Positions 1 through 8,744 of a stretch of 64,000 bases of DNA are shown one piece after another. Under the pieces are notes generated by a model. It did not search any database, had not been told where the DNA came from, and saw only the letters and a list, made by a program, of their open reading frames with translations. The position numbers were made by a program, and so were the translations under genes. Location: assembly GCA_965263295.1 (NCBI GenBank), contig OZ253665.1, positions 192,001-256,000 on the forward strand, given 5' to 3'. The first letter of the stretch is position 1, and the number at the start of each line of letters is the position of its first letter. This stretch comes from Spirochaetia bacterium (lineage in GTDB: Bacteria; Spirochaetota; Spirochaetia; SP-2023).

Positions 1-2
1 TG

Positions 3-389
3 ATGAAACTGGATCACTATCGCGGCGGCCAGTGGGTCGGTGCTAGCCATAAAACTGAATTTGAACTGCGGGAGCCGGTTTACAAAGGGCTGATTTTTAT
101 TCCAGATGCGCAACCGTTTAGCCCAGAACAGTTGCGAAAGCTTGCCGCGATTGCCCCCCACATTACGATTAATTATATTCAAAATAGTCAGGTTCAGAGC
201 AAGTACCGCCTACTCCAACCTCCGCGAATTTATGGTTTTGCGGAGATGAGCTGTCGCAACCGGAACTGCATTTCGCATAAGTCCCATTGCGAGGGGGTGG
301 ACCCGGAGTTTGAGCGCAATAATAGCGGTGATTTTGTTTGTATTTATTGCCACAGTAGTCACAGTTTTCAGGAGGTTTGGAATGTCTAG
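3..389 (+). CDS. pyrB: C-terminal regulatory (PyrI-like, Zn-binding) part of aspartate carbamoyltransferase, probably a PyrB-PyrI fusion; likely truncated by the window edge
   Basis: PPRIYG..SCRNRNCISH..FVCIYC four-Cys Zn site; lies directly upstream of pyrE-pyrF. Confidence 0.8.
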   Translation: MKLDHYRGGQWVGASHKTEFELREPVYKGLIFIPDAQPFSPEQLRKLAAIAPHITINYIQNSQVQSKYRLLQPPRIYGFAEMSCRNRNCISHKSHCEGVDPEFERNNSGDFVCIYCHSSHSFQEVWNV

Positions 390-1083
390 GCTGGCCGCGA
401 TCCGCGACGAATTGTTTGCCATCAGCCTGGAGTTGGGCGCAATCAAGCTGGATATGAATTTCCCGTTTCGATGGTCTTCAGGTTATATGATGCCAATTTA
501 TAACGATAGCCGTTTATTGCTTTCGCTCCCCGGTGCGCGCCGTTTGATTGCCGAAGGTTTGGAGCTTTTGTTGCGCGGGCAAACTTGTGCCGATGTGGCC
601 AATATTGCCGGCGTCGCGACGGGTGGAATAGCCCATGCCGTTTTGCTGGCAGAACGCTTACAGTTGCCCGTGCAATATGTGCGCTCCAGTGCCAAGGCTC
701 ACGGATCTTTGCGGCAGGTTGAATGCTTGCCCCATGGACAATATGGGGGACAATATGGGGGACAACATGGCGGACAGAATGACGGCCAGTCTGTCGCGCT
801 TATTGAGGATGTGATTTCTACAGGCGAGAGTTTATTGCGCGCAGTGGAGGCTGTGCGCCAGATTGGGGCCAATGTGACGGCATGCTTTGCGATTTACAGT
901 TATGACTTTCTCAAAGTGCAACAAGCCTTTGCTGCCGCAGCTCTGCCGTATGGGTCGCTACTCAGTTTTGCGCAGTTGCTCAACTATGTCGGGCAGCGCC
1001 AGCTGTTTCGTGCGGAGCAACTGGCGCAGTTGCGCGAGTGGCACGCTGATCCTTTCGTGCTTCGGGCACCGCAGGCTCGGTGA
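382..1083 (+). CDS. pyrE: Orotate phosphoribosyltransferase
   Basis: FRWSSG..PIYND, GVATGGI, PRPP motif LIEDVISTGES; ATG at 382 preceded by GGAGG at 371-375. Confidence 0.95.
   Translation: MSRLAAIRDELFAISLELGAIKLDMNFPFRWSSGYMMPIYNDSRLLLSLPGARRLIAEGLELLLRGQTCADVANIAGVATGGIAHAVLLAERLQLPVQYVRSSAKAHGSLRQVECLPHGQYGGQYGGQHGGQNDGQSVALIEDVISTGESLLRAVEAVRQIGANVTACFAIYSYDFLKVQQAFAAAALPYGSLLSFAQLLNYVGQRQLFRAEQLAQLREWHADPFVLRAPQAR
736..789 (+). repeat. 12-bp in-frame tandem repeat (GQYG/GQHG/GQND) inside pyrE
   Basis: ggacaatatggg x2, ggacaacatggc, ggacagaatgac, ggccag. Confidence 0.9.
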
Positions 1084-2147
1084 CGGGTATCGTTTTGCCG
1101 GGGCGAAGTTATATAGATATCCTGCGACAGAGTTACTCCCAGGCAGGTAACAACGTCTGTTTGGGCATTGATCCACAGTGGCAAACCCTGCCTCCAGAAC
1201 ATCGCAGGACTTTGCGGGGGCGGGCTCCCGACTGTCATGCCGTGCAGGAATTTTTGCAGATTTCTTTGCAGAGCTTGTGTGAGCAGGGGCTAAGCCCAGG
1301 GGCCTTTAAACCGAATTTAGGCTATTTCCAGGTCTTGGACCGCCCGCTTTGGGCGCTGCAAGATGATTGTAGGTTGCGTAGCCTGGCGTTTGAGGGGAGT
1401 CGGCTGTTAGCTTGGTTGTTGCACTACCTGAGCGAGAATTTTCCAGGGATTCCCGTTATTCTAGACTTTAAAAAAGGTGATATCGCTCGCTCCTCCGCTA
1501 ATTATGCAGAGGAAGGTTTCCTCATATGGCGCTGTGATGCCCTGACTGTCAACCCGTATATGGGTGCGGATTCGATGATGCCTTTTGGTCGCGAGCTGGA
1601 AAGCCATTTGAGAAATAATAACCCAGAGGCTTTGGAGGATTCTGAGAGTTTGTCCTGTGGACTAGCGCTAGCCCGAGGCAATGGCGGGGTCTATAGTTTG
1701 TTGCGTACTTCCAACCCTGGCCGTCGCGATTTGCAAGATTTGCGATTAGATGTTGGTGGGCCCGCTGACTGTGCGGCAGGGGACACGGGACAACGCTTAT
1801 ATCATAATCTGGCGGCAACTTTGCTGCGTTGGCGCAGTAAGCTGGATATCCCAGGTCTGGGAGCTGTGGTGGGGGCGACTTCACTTAAAGAGCTACGCGA
1901 TTTGGCCATATTTTTTAGTTTGGAAGATTTCCCTTTGTTGATACCTGGCGTGGGTAAGCAGGGGGGAGACTTTCACGAGGTAAAACAATGCCTGCGCGAT
2001 GCGGGCTACCCACTGGAATTGGCTCGCATCAATGTATCCAGTGGCCTGTTACAGAGTTGGCTGACCAAGGATGCCCCCAAGGATGGCTCTAAGGCTCCAG
2101 CCGATTGGCACAAGTTAATTGGCGAGAATTTGTCTAAACTGCTGTAG
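1080..2147 (+). CDS. pyrF: Orotidine-5'-phosphate decarboxylase
   Basis: CLGIDP, FKPNLGYF, ILDFKKGDI, TVNPYMG, RTSNPG, VVGAT, LIPGVGKQGG; GTGA overlap with the pyrE stop. Confidence 0.93.
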   Translation: MTGIVLPGRSYIDILRQSYSQAGNNVCLGIDPQWQTLPPEHRRTLRGRAPDCHAVQEFLQISLQSLCEQGLSPGAFKPNLGYFQVLDRPLWALQDDCRLRSLAFEGSRLLAWLLHYLSENFPGIPVILDFKKGDIARSSANYAEEGFLIWRCDALTVNPYMGADSMMPFGRELESHLRNNNPEALEDSESLSCGLALARGNGGVYSLLRTSNPGRRDLQDLRLDVGGPADCAAGDTGQRLYHNLAATLLRWRSKLDIPGLGAVVGATSLKELRDLAIFFSLEDFPLLIPGVGKQGGDFHEVKQCLRDAGYPLELARINVSSGLLQSWLTKDAPKDGSKAPADWHKLIGENLSKLL

Positions 2148-2227
2148 CTCCATCAAGGTTTGACATCGGTGATCCTTCAGGTGGGTTTGCCCGGTATATT
2201 AGCATTTATGATAGAACGTTAGCGTTC

Positions 2228-2767
2228 CTAAAATCCTTGTATCGTAACCTGGCGCAGATGGAATTTTTGTTCTAGGCTCAGGCGTTGGGCTAACAGATCC
2301 TCTAGTTGCAAGTAGTCTGCCCACAGGAGGAAGGATACACAGAGCAAAATACCAATTGGTTCACTGTGGATTCGGTATTTGCGCAGTATGCTTTGGAAAG
2401 GGATTTCTGGTTTAAAATCACGGTCATTCAAGCTGGGGGGGGCTTTGACGTCCCAGCCCCGCCCCCAGGCATCCACCAGGTCCAGTCCTTTGGGTCCTCG
2501 CCGTACCTGTATGCCCATTACGCCAAACTTGGCCAGCTCCAGGCCGACCATGGCTTCAATCACGCTGGAAAAGGTCATGTGTAGCCCATGGTCCGGATCT
2601 TTGGCCAATTCGCGAAGATCTGTCAGAGTTACCTTATATTTGCGACTGATTCTAGGCAACAATTGGCCAGACCGGAATTCTTGTTTATATCGGTTATAGT
2701 CTAGGGTGCTAAAGTTTTTCAAGTCTTTTTTGCGGTCTGCTAGATCAAAAAGTCGCGTCTTTGCCAT
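2228..2767 (-). CDS. Hypothetical protein with a possible PD-(D/E)xK nuclease/toxin-like domain (ORF open to 2911)
   Basis: LAKDPDH..EAMVGLE..RRGPKGLDLVDAWGRGWDVKAPPS gives an E..D..DxK arrangement; start ATG 2767 is a guess. Confidence 0.5.
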   Translation of the reverse strand: MAKTRLFDLADRKKDLKNFSTLDYNRYKQEFRSGQLLPRISRKYKVTLTDLRELAKDPDHGLHMTFSSVIEAMVGLELAKFGVMGIQVRRGPKGLDLVDAWGRGWDVKAPPSLNDRDFKPEIPFQSILRKYRIHSEPIGILLCVSFLLWADYLQLEDLLAQRLSLEQKFHLRQVTIQGF

Positions 2768-3001
2768 AATGCCACGGTCCCCTGTTTGTCTGCTTAGTTG
2801 CGACCTAAAACCAAAAAAAAACTGATGTTTGCCACGTTGTTTTCGGACGAGTAAGATTATTCTCCAGTCAAACTCAATAAGGAAATTCAAGTCGTGGTGC
2901 TCCATATTCAATGGGATATATCTGATTAATCAGGCTTGCGGTGTGCCATGCGATTCAATGCAAAGAAAGCTTTGGCTCAAGCCTCTGCCATATTGTCTGG
3001 T

Positions 3002-4372
3002 TCATATTGTCTGCGGTGTCGAGTCCTCTGGTTTTTTCTCTCGTTCATCGACACCGTTTGGTTGAAAACGCAGCCGCACGATCCGTTTGCCGTCACTTTC
3101 TACAACATGATAGTTGCCTTCAGGTCGTCTGATAGTTTCGTTCTGTTCGGGAATATATCCCAATTCGTTGCAGATATAGCCGGACATCGTGGCGAGGCGC
3201 GGTGAATTTTCCTCTTCCTGCAGCTCAATATGAAAAAACTCCTCAAATTGTTGGATACCGAGCGTGCCAGGGAAAACAAAAGTATCCGCTTCTTGCTGGA
3301 TTACCAGAATCGCGGCCTCGTCTTGTTCATCTTCGTCGTAGAGTTTGCCAAATACGGTTTCTAATACGTCTTCCTGGCTGACTACTCCTGTCAGGCCGCC
3401 GTATTCGTCAAAAACGATCACCATATTGTTGTCGTTGTTTTTAAAGTAAAAAAACAGGTCTGAGACTCGCATACTATCCGGTAGAAAAGCCACGGGTTTC
3501 ATAAGTTGCAAGACTGTTGTCGTTTCAAAGTCTTGCGGCCAATCATTTTGCTTTTTATTTGAGTCGAGGTGTTTGTCATGCCTTGTAAAAGGACTGGTGT
3601 GATACATGCAGAATTTTTGCACGTCGCTCATGTATAACAGGCCAATAATATTTTCCGGGTTGTCGCGATAAACCGGGATGCGGCTGTATGAATATTCAGC
3701 CATGGCGGCATAGCTGTCTGTTATTCTGGCTCCGCTGTCCAGTGAAAATACATCTTTGCGGTGAGTCATGATTTGTCGGGCGGTTTTGTCATTTAAGTCC
3801 AGCACATTGCCGATGAAGTCGCGTTCATACTGGTTGATATAGCCGCTTGTGTGGGCCAGATCGACCATATGTTCCAGCGACTCCTCTAGGTTCTCGCCGT
3901 TTGGGACGCGCCTGAGTATAGGGAAGAATAGCCGGGTGAGCTGCAGTGTCAGACTCAGTAATGGCGTAAACATGATATAGAAAAAACTCACCGGCCAGAC
4001 GACAGCAATTGCAATTTGACGTTTAAAAATCAGGGCGATCTGTTTGGGGGCTATTTCACAAAAGATGATGATAAACAGTGTCAGGAAAAAGGTACTCAGG
4101 GCGATAAAAAAACCGCCGAGATACAAGCTGGTCATGTAGGCGACAATGGCAGACAAACTGATGTTGGCGACGTTGTTGCCGATTAACAGGGAAGCGATCA
4201 GGCGTTCGGGTTGCTGCAGCAGACGTTCTATTTTTTCGCCGTGAAGATGCTGTTCCTTGATAGCCCTGATGTCTACCTGGCTTAAGGCGGTCATAGCGGT
4301 TTCCGCGGCCGAAAAAAAGGCCCCCAAGCAGAAAAGTAGCAAAATGATAATGCAGGTGATAAGCAGAGTCAT
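3002..4372 (-). CDS. CNNM/CorC (hemolysin-family) Mg2+/Co2+ transporter: DUF21, CBS pair, CorC_HlyC domain
   Basis: FFSAAETA, LLIGNNVANI, EIAPK, YSRIPVY, VFDEYGGLTGVVSQED. Confidence 0.93.
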   Translation of the reverse strand: MTLLITCIIILLLFCLGAFFSAAETAMTALSQVDIRAIKEQHLHGEKIERLLQQPERLIASLLIGNNVANISLSAIVAYMTSLYLGGFFIALSTFFLTLFIIIFCEIAPKQIALIFKRQIAIAVVWPVSFFYIMFTPLLSLTLQLTRLFFPILRRVPNGENLEESLEHMVDLAHTSGYINQYERDFIGNVLDLNDKTARQIMTHRKDVFSLDSGARITDSYAAMAEYSYSRIPVYRDNPENIIGLLYMSDVQKFCMYHTSPFTRHDKHLDSNKKQNDWPQDFETTTVLQLMKPVAFLPDSMRVSDLFFYFKNNDNNMVIVFDEYGGLTGVVSQEDVLETVFGKLYDEDEQDEAAILVIQQEADTFVFPGTLGIQQFEEFFHIELQEEENSPRLATMSGYICNELGYIPEQNETIRRPEGNYHVVESDGKRIVRLRFQPNGVDEREKKPEDSTPQTI

Positions 4373-4458
4373 GGCAGCATTGCAGGGAGCTTTAAGCAGG
4401 CGGAGAAATGTGCCGCTCCCGGCGGGATGGCGCAGCGGGAGCCAGGTGGGCTGCAGGA

Positions 4459-5787
4459 TCAGTCTTCTTCATTTGACTCATCGGTTTGTTCTGCTTTGAG
4501 AAGTGGGCGGCCGTCGGCTCCCACTTTAATTTCTCCCGCTTTCAGTAGAGCCCATTTGGTCAGGACGGGAGCTATGACTTCAAAGAAAATGCTGGTGGCA
4601 GTCACGATGACCAGAAGCTGCTGACCCATGGCTACGGCATCTTTTCCCAAGGGGCGGAACTTTTCGATTAGAATCATGGCTAGACCGAGTCCGACACCGA
4701 CCTGAGACAAAAGCCCTGCCCAGGAGTAACGACGTATAGTGTGGGGCAGTCTGGCGAGACTGGCACCAGTGCTGGCACCCAAAAATTTCCCCAATGTGCG
4801 GCAAATAATGTAAACCAGGCCCGCCAAACCGATGGTCGGGACCAGGAGAACATCTAATTGAGCGCCGGCGAATACGAAGAACAGCACAAAGACAACGGGC
4901 ATCAGCGTTTCCATGGAGCGCAAAAGCTTAGCTGCCTGGAGTGAACTAATTTGATTGATTATTACTGCACCCATAACCATATTCGACAGGATAAGAGAAT
5001 ATTCGAGCAGAAAACTGATGCCTTCAACCAAAAACATCATGCCCAATATCCACAGCAGCAGCATATGGCCTTCGTCTACTCTGCGTGTCAGCAGGCGATA
5101 CAAAAAGCCGAGCGACATGCCAATTACTAAGGCCAGGCCAACTTCCATCAGGGGATCAAAGACCAAGTTGTGCAGCATGGAACTGTGCGCACTAGCATCG
5201 ACATTGTAGCCGTTGCTCTGGGCATAGAGTGTCGCGGCCAGAGTGCTGGCAAAACTAAAAATCACAATGCTGACGGCATCGTCGAAGCCGGTGATGGCAA
5301 AGATGGCACTGGTCAAAGGCCCGCGGGCCTTGAATTCGCTGGCGATGGCCAAGGCACTGGTTGGCGCACTGGCGGCACCCACAGCGCCGGCGGCCAGGCC
5401 GAACGGCAGACTGCCGCTTACTGCCCACATGCCGGCGGCGACCAATAGAAAAGTCAAAAAACATTCACATATAATCAAAAGGCCTATGCCGGCGCCTAAA
5501 CTGCGAATGGTCACCATCTTGAACTCCAGCCCCAGGCTCAGGGCGACAAACCCCAGGGCCAGGTTGGAAAGAAAAGACAGCGCAGCGATATCTTCGGTGT
5601 TGATGAAGTTGAAGCCCGACACGCCGAGTAGAACTCCCGCGACTAAGAGACCGACAATGGAGGGCAGCCGCATTTTTTCGAACAGAATGGCAAAGAGGCG
5701 TCCGAAGACGATAAGAACCCCCAGGGTGAGGAGTACCGGTAATTTGAGCTCTTCCATCCATTGCTGATAGGCTTCAAACGATTGCAT
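4459..5787 (-). CDS. Cation:proton antiporter
   Basis: About 12 hydrophobic segments; LPSIVGLLVAGVLLG, ASAP, GFDDA, FFVFAGA, RTLGK, SQVGVGLGLA. Confidence 0.9.
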   Translation of the reverse strand: MQSFEAYQQWMEELKLPVLLTLGVLIVFGRLFAILFEKMRLPSIVGLLVAGVLLGVSGFNFINTEDIAALSFLSNLALGFVALSLGLEFKMVTIRSLGAGIGLLIICECFLTFLLVAAGMWAVSGSLPFGLAAGAVGAASAPTSALAIASEFKARGPLTSAIFAITGFDDAVSIVIFSFASTLAATLYAQSNGYNVDASAHSSMLHNLVFDPLMEVGLALVIGMSLGFLYRLLTRRVDEGHMLLLWILGMMFLVEGISFLLEYSLILSNMVMGAVIINQISSLQAAKLLRSMETLMPVVFVLFFVFAGAQLDVLLVPTIGLAGLVYIICRTLGKFLGASTGASLARLPHTIRRYSWAGLLSQVGVGLGLAMILIEKFRPLGKDAVAMGQQLLVIVTATSIFFEVIAPVLTKWALLKAGEIKVGADGRPLLKAEQTDESNEED

Positions 5788-5836
5788 GATTCCTCATTCA
5801 CCTTTCGCCATAAGTGTTGTTTTGGAGCAATTTATG

Positions 5837-6709
5837 TCAATAATCCAGGCCGCCGAGCACGCCTTGAACGGGCTGATGGAAAACGAGTATCCCCGGTTGT
5901 TTTTCTATCTTTCGGTCAATCCGGCGGATTGTTTCGTAGACGGAATTGAGCTCGGTGCTGGGGATGAGGGCCTCAATACAACGGAAAAATTTGTTCATCT
6001 TTTTATTATTTAAAATATAAGCATACAAAGGCATGCGTTGCAAAAACTCGGCGATGTTGTGCCCTTCAATGACAGTCACGGCGCCGCCAGAGGCCCGCAC
6101 GGCCTCTTCGAGCAGGGGGACAAAGAATTTCTCTTTCTGTACTAGGACGCTCAAGAGGCTGTATTCTGAATCAGGTCCCGGCCGTTCTGCCGCCGGCGCG
6201 GGAGCTGGGCTGCTCGCCCGCTCTTCTGTATCCAGGAAACGGACAGAAAATATGCGGCCTAGAATTTGCATGCCTTCCCGCTTATCCGCGCAATTGAGCA
6301 AGGCTTGCACTTCTTCTGTCTTTTGCAGGCCAGAGGCAAGTGAGGCCAGAATCTGTACATGCTGGTGGCGTTCGGCTGCCGGGCCGACGATGGCAATGAT
6401 AAAGTTACAGGGGACAGAGTCAAAGGCGCCAAAGTCGATGCCGCGTGCGAGGGTCAGTATGATGATGGCAAAGCCTTCGGCTCTCTTTAAGCCACAGTGT
6501 GGCGCGGCAATACCCCCGCCTAAACCCGTAGAGCCTTGGGTCTCGCGTTCTCGTAGAGACTGCAAGATGTCGGCGCACTTGCACTTGGAAAGTCGGGGGC
6601 TGTGGCTGAGCTGTTCTGCCAGGAACCTGAGCACCTCGTCCTTGTCGTTAAATGTTTTTTGCAAGTTCACACAGTCTGCCTGGATCAAGTCCAACCAATC
6701 CACAGCCAT
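5837..6709 (-). CDS. PTS EIIA(Ntr/Fru)-like domain fused to a C-terminal PII-like domain
   Basis: RERETQGSTGLGGGIAAPH with the phospho-His intact; C-terminal ~105 aa fits a PII-like pattern ending PGILVFHQPVQGVLG. Confidence 0.8.
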   Translation of the reverse strand: MAVDWLDLIQADCVNLQKTFNDKDEVLRFLAEQLSHSPRLSKCKCADILQSLRERETQGSTGLGGGIAAPHCGLKRAEGFAIIILTLARGIDFGAFDSVPCNFIIAIVGPAAERHQHVQILASLASGLQKTEEVQALLNCADKREGMQILGRIFSVRFLDTEERASSPAPAPAAERPGPDSEYSLLSVLVQKEKFFVPLLEEAVRASGGAVTVIEGHNIAEFLQRMPLYAYILNNKKMNKFFRCIEALIPSTELNSVYETIRRIDRKIEKQPGILVFHQPVQGVLGGLDY

Positions 6710-6803
6710 AGTAGGGACCTCCGCAATGTTTTAACTTTTTGCAGCTTAGCTGATATGCATGGAATATACAATAGCGGCTTTCATCTTTATGGCAATAAAG
6801 GGT

Positions 6804-8585
6804 TTATTTCTGTCTCAGGATTGGAATGGACAGTAGGCGGCAGAGCGCGAAAAAAGAGCCCAGCAGTAGCAGGCCGTGGGCAGCTAGGATGCCAAAGTTG
6901 CGCAGCGAACCGCCACTGTGCCACCACCAGACTGGGCGGTCTGGGCCGTTGGACGGGACTTGATTGGACAGCCTGAGACTGGACCACATCTCGGTGAAAT
7001 AAGCTGGCGCTGCCGGGGCAGGACTGAACGCCCCCAAGAAAAATTGTTCGCTGAAGCGTAACGCAGTGTCGAGAAAAAATAGCATTGTACAAATGAACAG
7101 TAGTTTAGGCAGGAGGTGACGGATAAAGCATGCCCAGCGTGTCCAGCTGAGCAGGGCGCGGCTGTGCCGCGCGGTGACAATGTAAGCATAGATCGTGACT
7201 GGCAGGTAGCTGAGAGTATTCGCGACCGGCAGGGCAATGACTCCCAGGTTCCAGCTTTTTATTAGATAAAAGGACAACGGAATATCAATTAAAGCTACGA
7301 GTAGTGTCTGCAGTAGCGGCTGATTTTTATGGGATTGAGCATAAAGATATTGTTGCAGGAGGCGGAAGATGGCAATGGGCAGGGAGCCGAGAGCGTAATA
7401 ACGTAGCACCTCAGCGGTCAGCCGGCTGTTTTCCAGAGTGAAAGCTCCGCGCTGGAAGGCCACGGCAACCAGTGCTTCGCTCATACAGATCAATACCAGG
7501 GTCGCGGGCAGTAGCAGGATGCAGAGCTGTTTCAAACCGTAGCGCAGGACCTGGCCGGCTTTGTCGTCTTTGCTCGCAGACTCTTGGCTCATCTGCGGCA
7601 GGCAGACTTTAGCGATGGAAGCATAGATAAGTCCCTGGGGCAGCTGAAAAAAAATCAGGGCATTGGTCAAGGCAGAAACGCTCCCGCTTTGCGCTTGCGA
7701 AGCCAGATAATTGGCAATGAATTGCATCAAGGCCAGGATGCTGGTACTAAACCATAGCGGCAACCAGATTCTTCGGATGCGGCGAATGGCCGGGTCGCGC
7801 AGGCGAAAGTCTGGCAATAGAGAATAACCGCCGTTTAGTACCGGAGGGAGGAGGAAGGCCAGTTGCAGGATGATGCCTCCGAGCATGCCCAGAACCACTG
7901 CAAAACTGGCGTAGTGACTTTGCAGGGTTACGGTGACGGCAATTACGGCCACGGATGAAAGCTGGGGCGTAAATGAACTCAAAGTGAAGCGTTGCTGACT
8001 GGAAAGCAGCGCGCCGAGCAATACACTTTGGCTCAAGAGGAACACGTAAGGGCTGACGTAGTACAACATTTGGGCCGCGAGCTGGCTCTGTGCCGCGCGG
8101 GGAAAATCGCTTAGTATCGCGATAATCTGCCGCGGAAAGATCACGAGCGTGAGGCAGAGTGGAAATATGATGCACCATTGAATCGCCAAGAGCTTGCGCC
8201 AAATCGCTTTGGGCCGCTTTAGGCTGGGGTCATTTGCGCGACTGCGCACCAGCTCTGGAACCAGGGCCGTTTCTAGCGAACCTTCTGCGGCCAAGCGGCG
8301 CAGCAGCATGGGGACGGCCTGGATGAAGTTTAGGACGTCGGCTTTTTCGCCGGCGCCGAAGTAAAAGGCTATGACAGCGTTGCGCAAAAAGCCGAAAACG
8401 CGCGAACTGAAAGTGCCCAGCATGACTTGCAAAATCGAACGGCTGCGGCTGAACCCTTTTGTAGTCGGGGTCTCGCGCGCTTTGCATGTGCGGGGGGGGA
8501 GAGGGTCTTTTAAAGGATATTTGGGAGGGGCTTGAGAAGGGGCCGCGGAATTTCTGGAGGCGGAACGAGGGATTTGAAAACTCAT
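6804..8585 (-). CDS. murJ: Lipid II flippase MurJ
   Basis: SRVFGFLR, RRLAAEGSL, QLPQGL, FQRGAFT; multi-TM. Confidence 0.92.
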   Translation of the reverse strand: MSFQIPRSASRNSAAPSQAPPKYPLKDPLPPRTCKARETPTTKGFSRSRSILQVMLGTFSSRVFGFLRNAVIAFYFGAGEKADVLNFIQAVPMLLRRLAAEGSLETALVPELVRSRANDPSLKRPKAIWRKLLAIQWCIIFPLCLTLVIFPRQIIAILSDFPRAAQSQLAAQMLYYVSPYVFLLSQSVLLGALLSSQQRFTLSSFTPQLSSVAVIAVTVTLQSHYASFAVVLGMLGGIILQLAFLLPPVLNGGYSLLPDFRLRDPAIRRIRRIWLPLWFSTSILALMQFIANYLASQAQSGSVSALTNALIFFQLPQGLIYASIAKVCLPQMSQESASKDDKAGQVLRYGLKQLCILLLPATLVLICMSEALVAVAFQRGAFTLENSRLTAEVLRYYALGSLPIAIFRLLQQYLYAQSHKNQPLLQTLLVALIDIPLSFYLIKSWNLGVIALPVANTLSYLPVTIYAYIVTARHSRALLSWTRWACFIRHLLPKLLFICTMLFFLDTALRFSEQFFLGAFSPAPAAPAYFTEMWSSLRLSNQVPSNGPDRPVWWWHSGGSLRNFGILAAHGLLLLGSFFALCRLLSIPILRQK

Positions 8586-8592
8586 GTGTCTG

Positions 8593-8622
8593 AAAACGTC
8601 TTAAAATACCTTAAAATGTCTT
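8593..8622. repeat. Three 10-bp direct repeats in the murJ / OMP divergent intergenic region
   Basis: aaaacgtctt aaaatacctt aaaatgtctt. Confidence 0.7.
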
Positions 8623-8663
8623 GGTTGTAGGGAAAATTTCGTCTTTAGGCAAGTAGCGATGGC

Positions 8664-8691
8664 TTGAAAAAAGAGTGAAAACGGGTAAAGT
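8664..8691 (+). promoter_or_regulatory. Possible sigma70 promoter for the OMP gene
   Basis: TTGAAA-N16-TAAAGT. Confidence 0.35.
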
Positions 8692-8744
8692 GATCAGTTA
8701 TTTGCGCATGCAGAGCGAATGTAAAAATATTCAGATTTAAGGAA

